Source: Chrysomallon squamiferum (lineage: Eukaryota > Animalia > Mollusca). From it: 64,000 bases of DNA. Within the stretch, counting starts at the first letter, position 1. Every line of letters begins with the position of its first letter. The notes under the pieces are model-generated. The model had not been told where the DNA came from, made no database searches, and saw only the letters and a list, made by a program, of their open reading frames with translations. Location: the NCBI GenBank assembly GCA_012295275.1, contig CM022670.1, forward strand, positions 38,006,001 to 38,070,000, given 5' to 3'. This document shows, one piece after another, positions 28,613 to 42,541 of this stretch. The position numbers and the translations under genes are program-made.

Positions 28613-28980
28613 CATCATCCATTAACCTAACTTCGTGTTTACCTACTTAAAGTAACCTTCACTGCCAATTTAATATGACGGCCTTCAAGACTGGGGTAAC
28701 TTAATATATATATATTTCTACTACTGGTTTAAATCTCAGTTCTACATCGCAAGTTATTCCGTCTTTTTACTTTACTGACAATGATATAGAGTTAAATGTA
28801 AACGTCTTTCTCAAGAGAACGAAAATAATAAAATAGCGAATCCCTCAGAAGCTTACTAAAAACTTTTAACTTCACAGGAATAATTAACTGACTACAGAAA
28901 CATTTCAAAGTCACTGTAGTCTTTGATTACTAAACATATGTTTTTCGTCCAGAAAAATACAAATAAAATAAAATAAAATA

Positions 28981-29015
<35 letters not shown>

Positions 29016-29241
29016 AACAGAAATAACAACAGAAAAAGAACATCAACAAAAACAAAAACAAAAACAAAAACAAAAAAGGTTACCGGTCTTTCATTTTGTA
29101 TTTCGGGTTAAATTGAAACAAAATAATTAAATTAGTTAATCAATATAATTAAACGTGAAAGGCGTCTAGAAGCCGCTCAGTTTAAAAAAAAAAAAAATGA
29201 TGGACTCTTCATTATTACAACTCTCAAAATAGGAATTTTTT

Positions 29242-29302
<61 letters not shown>

Positions 29303-29458
29303 GAGTGGTTGAATAGATAGGCGCACAAAGGTAAATGAACTCTTTTTATTTTGTTTTTTCAATTTAAGCTAATTTATCACGTTCGTATATGCCATTTTCT
29401 TAATTAAATAATATTAAAGTATTTTTGAACTAAACATGTAAGTACATTATTTTATCAG

Positions 29459-30533
29459 ACACACAGACACTCGCACTCAGAGACACATACACACATACAT
29501 ACATACATACATAAAAAGATACATACATTCATACATACATACATACAAAGATACATATACATACATACACATACATACATACACACAAAGATACATACAT
29601 ACATACATACATACACATACAACACACATACATACATACATACATACACACACATACATACATACATACATACATAAATACACACAAATACACACACATA
29701 CACACATACATACATACATACATACATACATACATACACACATACAAAGATACATACATACATACATACATACACATACATACATACACACACACATACA
29801 CATACATACATACATACATACATACATACATACATAACATACATACATACATACACATACACATACATACATACACACATACATACATACATATACATAA
29901 AAGATACATACATACATAACAAAGATACATACATACATACATACATACATACATAAAAAAGATACATAACATACAACAAAGATACATACATACATACAAA
30001 GATACATACAAAGATACATACATACATACATACATAATACATACATATATACATACATACATACATACATAATACATACATACATACATACATACATACA
30101 TACATACATACATACAACGACGATACAAATACTAACAAAGATACATACATACATACATACATACATACATACATACATACATACATACATACATACACAT
30201 ACATACATACATACATACATACATACATACAAACATACATACATACTAACAAAGATACATACATACATACATACATACATACATACATACATACATACAT
30301 ACATAAACAAAGATACATACATACATACTAACAAAGATACATACATAGATACATACATACATACATACATAAAAAGATACATACAAACATACTAACAAAG
30401 ATACATACATACATACAAAGATACATACAAAGATACATACATACATACATACATACATACATACATACATACATACATACATACATACATACATACATAC
30501 ATACAAACATACATACATACACACACACACACA
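29459..30533. repeat. ~1.1-kb (TACA)n satellite with recurrent aaagatac interruptions
   Basis: Direct reading; produces the 287/301-aa MYVC ORFs. Confidence 0.97.
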
Positions 30534-31250
30534 CGAAGTATTTATCATATCAGGATAGGATGTCATATTTTGTACAAAGCAGTGGACTCCGATTATAAAT
30601 ATTATTTTTATTTTATTTTATTTTATTTTATTTTATTTTATATTTTTCAAAGAGCTGCTCCTTCGAATAATTAAGAATGCACCATTCCGTGCACTCTACA
30701 TTAAATAAAACCGGGTAAAAGTTTAAACAGGGTTAAACTATCGCGAAACAAAAGTACACAACTTATTTTCACTTTGTACTTTCATACACACAGTTCTGAA
30801 TGCCGTCGTAAATATTACGATTCTCTGTAGTGAGTTGTTAACCCAGAAAATCTGTGAGTTAACTGATTTTATCATGATGTACAGTTTTATTCAGTTAATT
30901 GTACGTGTTAGTCAAAAGAGTTAACTTACATGATGAAGAAAACAAAATGGCGTCCAGGCGAAAACAGCCCACTAGAGACCAGACGTTTAGCGTTCATTCT
31001 CAAAGTGGGGCACATTACAGGTGTAATTAAAATATATGTCTGTAGTCATTTAAAGTGGCTGTTGGTGATGGTCGTTGTGGTCGTGGTGGTGGTGGTGGTA
31101 TTGATGGTAAAGTCGTTGCCACAACTGTTGTTCTTAATCCTGGTTTTATTTTTTGTCGTATTCAATTTTCAAACTGAGGTTTTAGAGGGAGAAGATATTA
31201 ATTTTGCGGTTAATTCATTTTGGACGTTTTGGTGGAATGTTTTTGTTACC

Positions 31251-31291
<41 letters not shown>

Positions 31292-31361
31292 TTATTTTTT
31301 TTTTTATGGATTTTCTGGACGTCTGTCGATCTGTCTATTTGTCTGTCAAATGATTTCTCAA

Positions 31362-31422
<61 letters not shown>

Positions 31423-31426
31423 ATAT

Positions 31427-31457
<31 letters not shown>

Positions 31458-31714
31458 GTTTGTGTGCCTTATTATTTTCAGTAATTAATATTTAATGTCA
31501 ACAATCAATTAAACTGATATATACTGTACAGTAACAACATCTGTTGCTTTAAAATAAAATTTTGTTAAAATAACAATAACAATCTATGAGAGACACAGAG
31601 CCAACGAGAGAGAGAGAGAGACAGAAGAGACACAGAAAAGATAGGTAGCTAGATAGATAGATAGACAGATCCACAGACAGACAGATTACTGTGGTGGTTT
31701 TAACAAAATCTTAC

Positions 31715-32060
31715 TCTTATGGATTTTAAATTATTCCCTCGCGCGCGCGCGCGCGCAGACACGTACACCAACCACCACGTGTGTCAGACGTAGTTTTCGC
31801 CGACGACTCGACGACACTGTTCGCTTGACAACAAAACAACTCGCGCGCCTGTTTCTGGCACCTTAATCAAGACGCGCGCGGAACCGTGCCCAGACTAAAC
31901 CTGCAAAGAAGCCGACAGGATTTGGGGAAAACTGTTTCTTGCGACGCGTTTTTTCGCTCATTCAAGAATTCATGGCTGTTTGTGACACCTAGGAATCTCA
32001 GCGACAATTAGCGAGCTCGAGAAAAACCCCCCGGGGGAGTGGTTTGGGGGGGGGAGACCC
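31715..32060 (-). promoter_or_regulatory. CpG-rich candidate promoter/first exon of the GPCR
   Basis: Dense CpG including (CG)8 at 31740-31756, E-box CACGTG near 31776, Inr-like TTAGTC near 31896 and donor AGA|GTAAGA at 31714 on the minus strand. Confidence 0.4.
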
Positions 32061-32380
32061 AGCATAAAACGGCTTGTAATTAATTTACAGAAGAACAGGG
32101 TTTTTTTTTTTTTTTTTTTTTTGTCGGTGAAAACTGGCCCGAAAGACAGACGTAGTAATGTCTTCTTGTCGGATGTGTCCGAAATTTTCTTTTATACGAT
32201 AGGTCGCAAAAAACACATAAAATGTGGGGTATATTAATCAAAGCGAAGGGGTCCCGGTTTGTGGTAGGAGCATTAGATTCATGGTTTGGCAGCCGGTGTG
32301 TGTGGGTGTGGGGAGGGGAAAAAATGATGTATTGTTTGAATACGCGAAAATATAACAGCGATATTATTATTATTAATTTA

Positions 32381-32411
<31 letters not shown>

Positions 32412-32992
32412 GATAAATTAAAACAAATATGTTCTTGTGTTTATTGATCTTAGGATGAATTTAATAATTCGTTTGAAGAACGTGTCTAAACAAACATACA
32501 TACATACGGATATACATACATATATATATATATATATACATGGACTATACATATCACATACAGACAGACAGAACAAATTTTCAGTTGTTTTATAATGGAC
32601 TTTTTGTTTGTTTTTTTTTGTTGTTTTTTTTGTTTGTTGTTGTTTTTGTTTGTTGTTCTTTTATTTTTTTGTGTTTCGGAGGGTTTGTGGGTTTTTCTGG
32701 TTGCTGTTGTAATTTTTTATTTTTTATTTTTTTTTTTTTTTTCTTTTTTTGGCTCTTTGGGGATAGTTTTTTTTTTTGTGACGAGGAGGGAATATATATT
32801 GATTTTATGTACAGACTGTTAAATATTTACTTAAATATTTTCTGGCTGTGCAAAATACTTAATCAACTGTCCTTTATGAATTAATAATGTCTTTGTCTGG
32901 ACTGAAATGTATGTAACAGTAACATGCAATTCATCACCGAGCAGTGCGTTATTGCTTAGATTCTTCTCATTTCCAGTCCTCGTTCGTCCACT

Positions 32993-33039
<47 letters not shown>

Positions 33040-33403
33040 GTGCTTATAAGGAGACAGTTAAGTAGGTAGGTATATACTGAAATAAGCATAAATGATTTTA
33101 ACCAGCTTAACGAGAGAGAAAAAAAATCTTCTGAAAAAAAAAAAGGGGATGATATTATGAAGATGAACGAATGGGAAATACATTATGTGACAGAATTAGA
33201 TCGACCTGAACTAATGCGAAATATATTACTTTACAGATTTATCTGAAAACGTCTGTTTATTCTCTAACACAGAGATTCCTGTGTCATGTTTAAAATACAT
33301 TGCATCGTGGGACATTTGATAGAGTGCTCTCGAGTGTTAGATGATGTTTTATAACACATAACTGTGTCAGCCAGTACGGGTAACTAGTTTTATAATAGAA
33401 GAG

Positions 33404-33406
<3 letters not shown>

Positions 33407-33487
<81 letters not shown>

Positions 33488-33549
33488 GACAGAGAGAGAC
33501 AGAGAGAGAGGGAGGGTTGAGAGATGGGGAAACAGTGAGAGAGAGAAAG

Positions 33550-33592
<43 letters not shown>

Positions 33593-33830
33593 CAGAGAGA
33601 GAGGGAGGGTTGAGAGAGTGAGGGAGTCAGTGAGAGAGAGAAAGAGCGAGAGAGATAGAGTGAAAGAGAGTGAGAGAGAGCGAGAGAGAGAGACAGAGAG
33701 GGGAGGGTTGAGGGATGGGGAGACAGGGAGAGAGAGACAGAGAGAGGGGGGTTGAGGGAGGGGGGAGAGACAGAGAGAGTGGGATGGTTGATGGAGGGGG
33801 AGACAGGGAGAGAGAGGCAGGGAGGGACGG
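33407..33830. repeat. (GA)n and derived purine-rich tract
   Basis: Direct reading. Confidence 0.92.
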
Positions 33831-34450
33831 CGGTATAGAGAAATTACGTGACATTAAACACTTTGTTTAAAATGGTAATTATTTAATTTGTGATCAGACC
33901 ATCAAAGATGAGAGCTTCCATTTTTCAAACTGCTCAAACAGAAAAGCTACCGAAGATAAATAAACCCCATGTTCTAGTATTTACGATCTGACGTTCTTTA
34001 AGACTTCGGGACGTGTTTGGGGACGTTGAGGTGTGTAACCATACCTCTGGGGTCTAGACACACAAAAAAAAAATGTAAGACCGTCATTGATTTCGAATTC
34101 TGTTTGAATCAAATGTAAAATTTTCTTCTAAAGTCACGATTCTCAGAGGTGAAATCTTTGTGACAGAAAAAAAAAAAACTATCACATTGTTCCTGTTGTT
34201 CATCAATCCGAGACGATCAGTTCTGATTATGTCTTCTTTTTTCTTCTTCTCCGTATTCTTCTTCTTCCTCTTCTACTCCTCCACTTTCAACTAATTACTC
34301 CTTCGTCTCCATTTTTTTTCTGATCTGTTCTCTCCATCTAGCATTCTTCTGTTTCCGTCACCAGTTACTGTGTCTTCATCTTTTATTCTTCTGTTGTATT
34401 ATTCAAAAGATGGAATAAAAAACACCCCAAAAATATCCTCAGAATTGTCC

Positions 34451-34482
<32 letters not shown>

Positions 34483-34546
34483 CAACATTAACAGACTTTC
34501 GATATTAAATATTAATATATTACTGAAAATAAATGTTACACAAACC

Positions 34547-34582
<36 letters not shown>

Positions 34583-34661
34583 ATTTAATATTAATTTATT
34601 TTTAACTTCTAAGATTATATTCGAGATTTTAAGACATTTCATATTCCCATTCAACTTTTAG

Positions 34662-34694
<33 letters not shown>

Positions 34695-35260
34695 AAAAAT
34701 GAGATAAATTCTTCATTTCATACTCGTGCTCTTTGATGAATGTAAAATAAATACGTGTATACACGTTGATTTTTCCAACATCTGATGAATTGTTGAAGTA
34801 AAAGTGCAGGGTAATCGACGTAAAAGGATAGGGACAGTGAAAAGATTATTTATTTAGCGATCTCTTGGGAACTCTAGAATGTAAATAACACATACGACCG
34901 CTTTCCAGATACGTTTAATGAAAGATGCGACCCCTCCTACCAAGTGAACTGTTAATAACATTTCGTGGTGCATTTGAAAGTCAGATCAAACGTGCTGGTA
35001 TTTTCAGTCAATATGCCAACATCACGAAGACATAAGTAATGTATTATGTATGCTATTCTTTAATAGGCGTTGTGGTAATCCTTGAAACAGAAAGAACAGT
35101 AGGGTAGCAGGAGTTTTGTGATTATAGCAACTTGGATGATGATAACAGATAAGTGATAATAGTAGTTGAGTGATAATATTTATTGAGCGTTAATGGTGTG
35201 ATAATAATAGTGGTTAGTAGCAATATTAATTGTGGTAGTAGTAATAGTAGTAGTAGTAGT

Positions 35261-35292
<32 letters not shown>

Positions 35293-35607
35293 CAGTGGTA
35301 GTGGTAGTAGCATCAGTAGTAGTAGTAGTGGCAGTAGTAGTAGTAGTAATAACAACAGAAGTAGTAGTAGTGGTAGTAGTAGTACAGGATTAGAAATAAA
35401 ATAGTAGTAGTAGCAGTAGTAGTAGTAGTTATAGTAGTAGTACAGGAGCAGAAACATAATAGTAGTAGTAACAATATTTACAACAGCAGAAGCAACTGAT
35501 AGTATTAATAGTAGTAATAGTAGTAGCAGTAGTAATAGTAGCAGTGCTATTTGAATTTAACACTTATGCATGTATGTGCGTTTTGTGTGCGTGCATCTCT
35601 CTTTCTA

Positions 35608-35717
<110 letters not shown>

Positions 35718-36278
35718 TATATGATTCATTGAACACTTTTGTGGATATTTAACGCTGACACTGAATCAGTGATTTTGTTTCATCCACCCAACTGATTTCT
35801 TAACAAGACGAATTTCTCGATTTTCCAAAGTAGTTCACCTATAAAACTGCCTCTGCGTGCTTGCTTCGTGACATTCCGTCATTAATTACGACTTTACACG
35901 GAATCGAGAACTGACCCCTGCATTATTTATTTTTATTTTATTTTTATTTTTTTATTTTTTTTTTTCACTTTTTCTCAAAACGGATAACCCTTCAAAATAA
36001 CAAATAACAGAGTTATTCTAAAAATCATGTTTTCCCATGTTCTGGAAATACAGAAGAGTTGTTAGGCAGGTTATAAAATAGATCTGTTTCACCGAGATCG
36101 ATACTTGCGTAGCATGTACGACAAGCTAATTGATAAAACATGTGACGGCAAAAGCCGGCGGACAAATCTGTGCTTGACACGTGAGCTACCAGTCTGGTGG
36201 TGAAATATGGCTGACTCAACTCATCTTTTATTAATGCAATTTCTCGCACGATGCGGCTCGGATTTCTGTCTCAGTTAA

Positions 36279-36325
<47 letters not shown>

Positions 36326-36765
36326 AAAATTGAGGTCGTGCGTTCCAGTATCATTTAGTAATTTCTCATCTTTCCGTAGTGGTGTAAATTCTTCTGTCGT
36401 CGTCGAAATTAATCCTTTTATGTGTTTACAAATTTTTTTGGTGTGAAGTTGACTTTTCTAGTGTTATTGTTTAATTGTTCAGATATTTAAATTATATATA
36501 TTTGTCTGTGAATACATACATTTATACATACATACATATATACATATATGCGTACATACATACATATATACATATTCACATACATACCGACAGAAAGACA
36601 GAGAAGTTGTCACAGAATTATTAAGATTCTTCAGGGTATTAATGTAACTGATTTCTGTCTTGTCTTTGAATATTCAAATCTATTAATCAATTTGATTTCT
36701 CAGTAAATTATTTCTTTTGGCATTTTAACTTTCCATAAGATTTATGTATGCATACCACTGTATGT

Positions 36766-36797
<32 letters not shown>

Positions 36798-37192
36798 ACG
36801 TAAATATGCGTCTTTCTGAACACGTCCATTTCTTATTACCACTCTTAAACATTTCGCTGATGAAATTTCCCATCTCTAACGGTAAACTGCTTCAACTGTC
36901 CAGTCTACCAACTGACCCGGTTATTCTGTGCACGTGCTGGTCACACTTAAGCAAATGTCACGTGCTTTTTGCCACGTTGTCTAATTTTGCTCGCATTTTG
37001 CTTTCATTTCCACTCGCGGTGGGAGTAAAGTGGTAATTTTCGGGGAAGTGTGTCTGTGTGTCTGTGTGTCTGTGCGCACTGCTTCTCAATTTAACAACGG
37101 GTTTGCCGGTCTTACGTCGTTAATCTCCGGTTGTTTTCTAACTCGCTGTAATTTGCAGCACATTTCCACCGCTAATCCTAACGTACGACACA

Positions 37193-37234
<42 letters not shown>

Positions 37235-37340
37235 TGTTGGAAACTCGGGTAGTGAAAGCAAGAGAAGTCACTGTGACCTTTTTTTTTTTTTTTTTTTATT
37301 TATTCTGTTTTTATTCTAAATAAATAAATAATTTCTTGTG

Positions 37341-37427
<87 letters not shown>

Positions 37428-37513
37428 TCTATCTATCTATCTCTCTAAATATATATAGATAGATAGATAGATACCGATCAAACACAAACGCAAACAAGGC
37501 AAACATACCCCGT

Positions 37514-37602
<89 letters not shown>

Positions 37603-38728
37603 ACAGAAGCGAGTCCCAGTTTAAACAAAAGTTTCCGACAAAAAAATAAAAAAAATAAAATAAAAAGAATAAGCATTCTTTAAAAACATCCGGTTATCTC
37701 TGTGACGGATTTTTGTCACCTGCAGACAAACATTTTCTTCTTTCGTCTAAAATAACCGAGACTCATACTCTCGATCTTTGTTACTGATCTTTGTGACAGA
37801 CTCAGTGACAGACTTAGTGACAGACTTAGTGGTGTTGTGCTCCTAAAACTGAACAACTAAATCTTCTTAATTCTCATTTTATTGTTTCTGCTACTTCTTC
37901 TCTGTTGAACTTGTGTCGTCATTATGGCTGCGTTTTCATTTCTGTCCTTTGGCTCCGTATTCTTCTTCTCTTTTGCGTCCGTATTCAACTCAGCTGATTC
38001 GTTTTCTCCTCCAACTCTGTCTTTTCCTCCAGCTCCTACTTCTCCTTCGTCTCCTTCTCCGTCTCCTTCTCTTAAATAGTTCGTATCTATTTTTTTTTTT
38101 TTTTTTTCTTCCTTCATTTTCATCATCTTTTTTTAATTTTTTTATTAATATTCTTTTTAAAAACTCATATCTTCTAATTCTTCATCGCCATCATTTTCGT
38201 CTTCTTCTTCTTCTTCTTCTTTTTATTATTATTATTATTATCATCATCATCATTATATTATTATTATTATTATTACTATTATCATCATCATCATTATCAT
38301 CACTATTATTATTAATATATATTTATTTATTTATTTATTTCTTCTTTTCCCTCTTTCTATCTTTTTTCATTCTTTCTTTCTTTTCTTTTCCGAAGACATC
38401 AAATGTGTTTGCACTGACAATGGTTTCACGTGCTGATAAGTTAACAGTAATCGGTTCTGCTCTGTGAAGAGCGACTGTGCAGATGTTTCTAATGACCCGA
38501 GCTCTAAAACAGTCTTCACTGTCACTTTTATTTCTGTCGCGGAAAACATTAATCAGGAAAGACGATTAACGCCATAGATGTGAAGAGTTGTCTTGTCTTT
38601 GCTTCTGTTTTTTTTTAAAAACGACGTAATACATTATGACAGGCCTCAAGATTCTTTTGGGGAATCTCGCACTTTTATGGATTTTAATATATATTTCTGA
38701 AGAAAAAAAAAAATCTATATTCATTTTT

Positions 38729-38760
<32 letters not shown>

Positions 38761-38824
38761 TTCGTTAATTTTTTCCTAAAATGTTTTTTTTTTTTACTTT
38801 ACACCAGCATTTTTAAAAAAACAT

Positions 38825-38859
<35 letters not shown>

Positions 38860-38934
38860 GGGGTATTCTTATTGTTTTTATTTCGGGGGTGTTAAGTTTT
38901 CTTTTCAATATTAAAAATGCATTTTCCAATAGTA

Positions 38935-38974
<40 letters not shown>

Positions 38975-39686
38975 CAACAACAACAACAACAATCACAGTA
39001 TTAATGGTATTTATATATATATTTCTTAAATCTTAAAATTAAATTATAATAATGCATATACATTTTTAAGAATTACCTTGCATACAATATGGAGGCATGT
39101 GAAAGAAAGGAACATCATGTCAAACTTCAGTGATATTTCAGAAACAAAATGTATTATAATAGAAAACGTATCAACAACTGACTTCAGCAGACAGTCACAA
39201 AATAACTGTATATAGAAGAAGAAGAAAAAGAAGAAGAAGAAGAAGAAGAAGAAGCAGAAGAAGAAGAAAGTAAAAAAAAATTTTTTTAAATATATGCTTT
39301 GGAAAATGGAAATGGAACTGAAATCCGGAATAACATTATTCTGTTATTCTGTAGTAACTTCCTCGAAAAGCTAATTGTGGCCCTGTTTCAGTGATTAGAA
39401 AATACATTAAAAGAGTATTAAGAAGCTACTTGTATTCACTGAGGCACGAAATGAAGGTTATGATTAGATATATTTATAAGCACGTACTTAACAGTGTCCA
39501 ACACGACGGGTTTCGCGGTTAATGGGGGTTAATTAGCACTTAACGGTAATGACTAATTTGCATGAGATTTTGCTTGTATGTAAGTTTGGTGGCATGAGTT
39601 AAAGCAAGCACCGTCCTTGTAGATGTAACAGTATTTATAACAGTGTTTTAGACGAATAATTTAAGTCTAGTTTGAAAAGCGTAATA

Positions 39687-40026
39687 CAGGTACCGGACCA
39701 ATTATCCGGACTCCTTGGGGCCTGAGGCATTCCGGATTTCTGCATTTTCCGGTTTTCTGGTACGAAGGCATCTAAATACGTAAATAATTAGGCGTAAACG
39801 TTTTAAAATTTATAAACATAAAGAAAATTGACGATACACAATTGTGGCGACCCGACACGTGAACAATGCGGCGAGTGAATGAACGCCACGCGGCTTGAAA
39901 GAGTAGTTCCGGTCTGGTGAGGACAAACACCCGCGCGCGCGAACTATGAAAATAATATCGGTAAAAAAACTTCCGGTTTTCTGGTTTTCCGGATTTCAGG
40001 ACGCCGGATAATTGGTCCAGTACCTG
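39687..40026. mobile_element. 340-bp MITE, Tc1/mariner-pogo type (TA target site duplication)
   Basis: 23-bp TIRs CAGGTACCGGACCAATTATCCGG / CAGGTACTGGACCAATTATCCGG (1 mismatch). TA at 39685-39686 and 40027-40028. Subterminal ttccggwtttc repeats near both ends. Confidence 0.92.
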
Positions 40027-41278
40027 TAATGAACATATGATAAATAAATATTTGCATTATATATAACTGTGTGAAACAGAGAGAGAGATAGAACTTTATA
40101 TGTCAATTATTCTTAATAAATTTAAAGCTAGTATCTAAAGTAACCAAATAATGAAGATTTATTCTCATTTCGGTGTCCCGGTAACCTAAGTAAACAAAGT
40201 ACAAAGGTGAATTAAATAAAAATGTAAATTTCTTCCTAATACGTTACACAAGCGTAACATAATGGCTTTAGTTTGATTTGACTTTAGTCTAAATTAAAAG
40301 AACCATCAATAAAAAGAAATGATTTACTCTGAAACACAATGGTTGGCAAACTAGAAAGTACTGTTTACATCACACGCAAAACGAAAGGAAGATAAAAAAA
40401 AAAAAAAAAAAAAAGAGCATATTTGTCTATGTACGTAAAAATACATTTTCAGGAAAAATAATATGTTAAGAGTAATTCATAAAAGTACTCAAATAACCAT
40501 TCAAACATATTACAGCTAAAACCGTATTTTAAAATGAAAAACTGATATTCATCAGTTCTTGAAACGATCAGCTAATTTTCGTCGTTTAAAAGGCAAAAAA
40601 AAAAAAAATCGAAATTTGAAAATACATTTATACGAGTTTATCTGTTTTCCAGTCTTCTCCTTAAAGTGATTAATTGCGAAAGATTTCGTTTTAACATCAG
40701 AGCACTGAAGAAATCTAAATACAATACTTAACACGCTGGTAGACACGCCATTCATCATTTCCTCCAGATATCTGGTTAAACGTGGCCTACTCTGAAGGCG
40801 ACGTTTGAATAACGAATTTGTATTCGTGTTTAACGCAGAAAAAAAAAAAAAAAAAAAAAGAAATTTATGTTAGAGGTAATATTTCATTATTCCATTATAA
40901 TAAATTGTAGTAAATATTAATTTCTATATATTCAACAGTCTTTTAAAAATTTGAAACGGCGTTGGAAATAATGACTGAAAGATTTTTGTGTCTGTAGAAA
41001 TTCCCGCACTCCGACATACCATATACACATACTCAACTAAAATGGGCTGAAGACTGAAACTGATGGAATGAATCCCATGTGTATAATTAATACAGTGTCA
41101 TACTACCTTTACTAAGCCAGCAGACACCTTCATTGAAATAATGCATCCTTTTTAAATTCGAGAAAAAATATATAATTCTTTGGGATTATTAATTAAACAA
41201 TCTAAATGATTCTCATTTACCCGAAACATCAAAATCGATACAAAGAAAAAATGAACGTAACGTTACAGCAAAACATTA

Positions 41279-41557
41279 GGCCTGTAATTCAGTATGTCAG
41301 CTTTCATTAAGCTTAATGGGACCTACATAGGTATGTTGCTTTATCGCTAATGTTATTTACATGTTGTTGAATGTTTTAATTTTTCATATAAACTCCTTAC
41401 ACAAAAATTTAAACCTTAATTTTAAACACACCGATACTTCATATTTAGCTCTCTCTTTCTCTGTCTCTCTCTCTCAGAAATGAAATATAAAATTACTTAT
41501 ATATGTGAAAATTATTTTTAAAATGAGCATATCTGAGCTGATTACAAAATACAGGCC
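41279..41557. mobile_element. 279-bp PIF/Harbinger-type MITE (TTA target site duplication)
   Basis: Termini GGCCTGTAATTCAGTATGTCAGCT versus reverse complement GGCCTGTATTTTGTAATCAGCT. TTA on both sides (41276-41278, 41558-41560). Confidence 0.75.
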
Positions 41558-41997
41558 TTACGTTTTATATTAATTTTTAATATTATTATTATATATTCAT
41601 AAGCTGTATACAATTCGCAGATTATAAAATCACATAAAGAATATAATTATACGAGTATAAAATTTTAATCAAAGTTTATTACTATACAAAGCAACAAAAT
41701 ATCATTAAACCGGTTACAAAATATAGCCTTTTAAGATAAAATACAAATTTAACACCTTCATCGATTTGTCTTAATTGATTTCTAGGAAAAAGCTTTGTTT
41801 TCAGATTATTAAACCTTTCAGTTTAATATTTCCAGGCCTGCTAATAGTTAAGAGTATCAGGTGTTAACCGTATTTTTTTCTTCTTCTTTTTTCGTTTTTT
41901 TTTTCTTTTTTTTTACTTTTTTTTATTATTATTTATTTATTTATTCATTTCTTTTATTTTTGTTATTATTTATTTGCTGTGTCTGTGTCTGTGTGTG

Positions 41998-42052
<55 letters not shown>

Positions 42053-42541
42053 TTTTTATTTTTTTATTTTATTTTTTTTAATAATCTGGCTTGCTGTCCG
42101 CACAGTCCAAAGTTACCAGGAACATTTCGCTAAATGACAAAGAGTGCAGTCCCAATCTGTAACAAGTAGAGCTATATACATCAGGAGCAAACATACTCAT
42201 TTACATTTCAGTACACAAAGTCACTTAGATTTGATAAATTATAGAACTATCTTCATTTGAAACAAGCAGAATTAAACCACATTTGAAACAGACAGTCAAA
42301 GAAAGAAACAAAATTTGTTACCAGTATTTGGAACGCAGTCACCTATATATTACTGGAAACGACTAGAATTATAAATATTTGAAACAGTTATCTATTTGAT
42401 TATAAAACAATTAACTAAAATTATCGTTATTTCAAACACATATATCCTCATTTGAAACAAATATTTTGACTTTATGATCCATTTGAGTTGCGTAATAATC
42501 ACGTGATCATTTCAGTTATGTCCTAAAGTGTAGAAACAAAT

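Noticed and set aside
29455-30566. Long minus-strand ORFs (287, 301 and 199 aa)
   Set aside because: Pure (TATG)n translation (MYVC repeats) with no coding complexity.
33361-33388. Helitron-like 3' end (gtacgggtaaCTAGt)
   Set aside because: The hairpin is too degenerate and no 5' end is identifiable.
37857-38467. 89-aa and 184-aa ORFs
   Set aside because: Driven by low-complexity CTT/ATT/polyT tracts.
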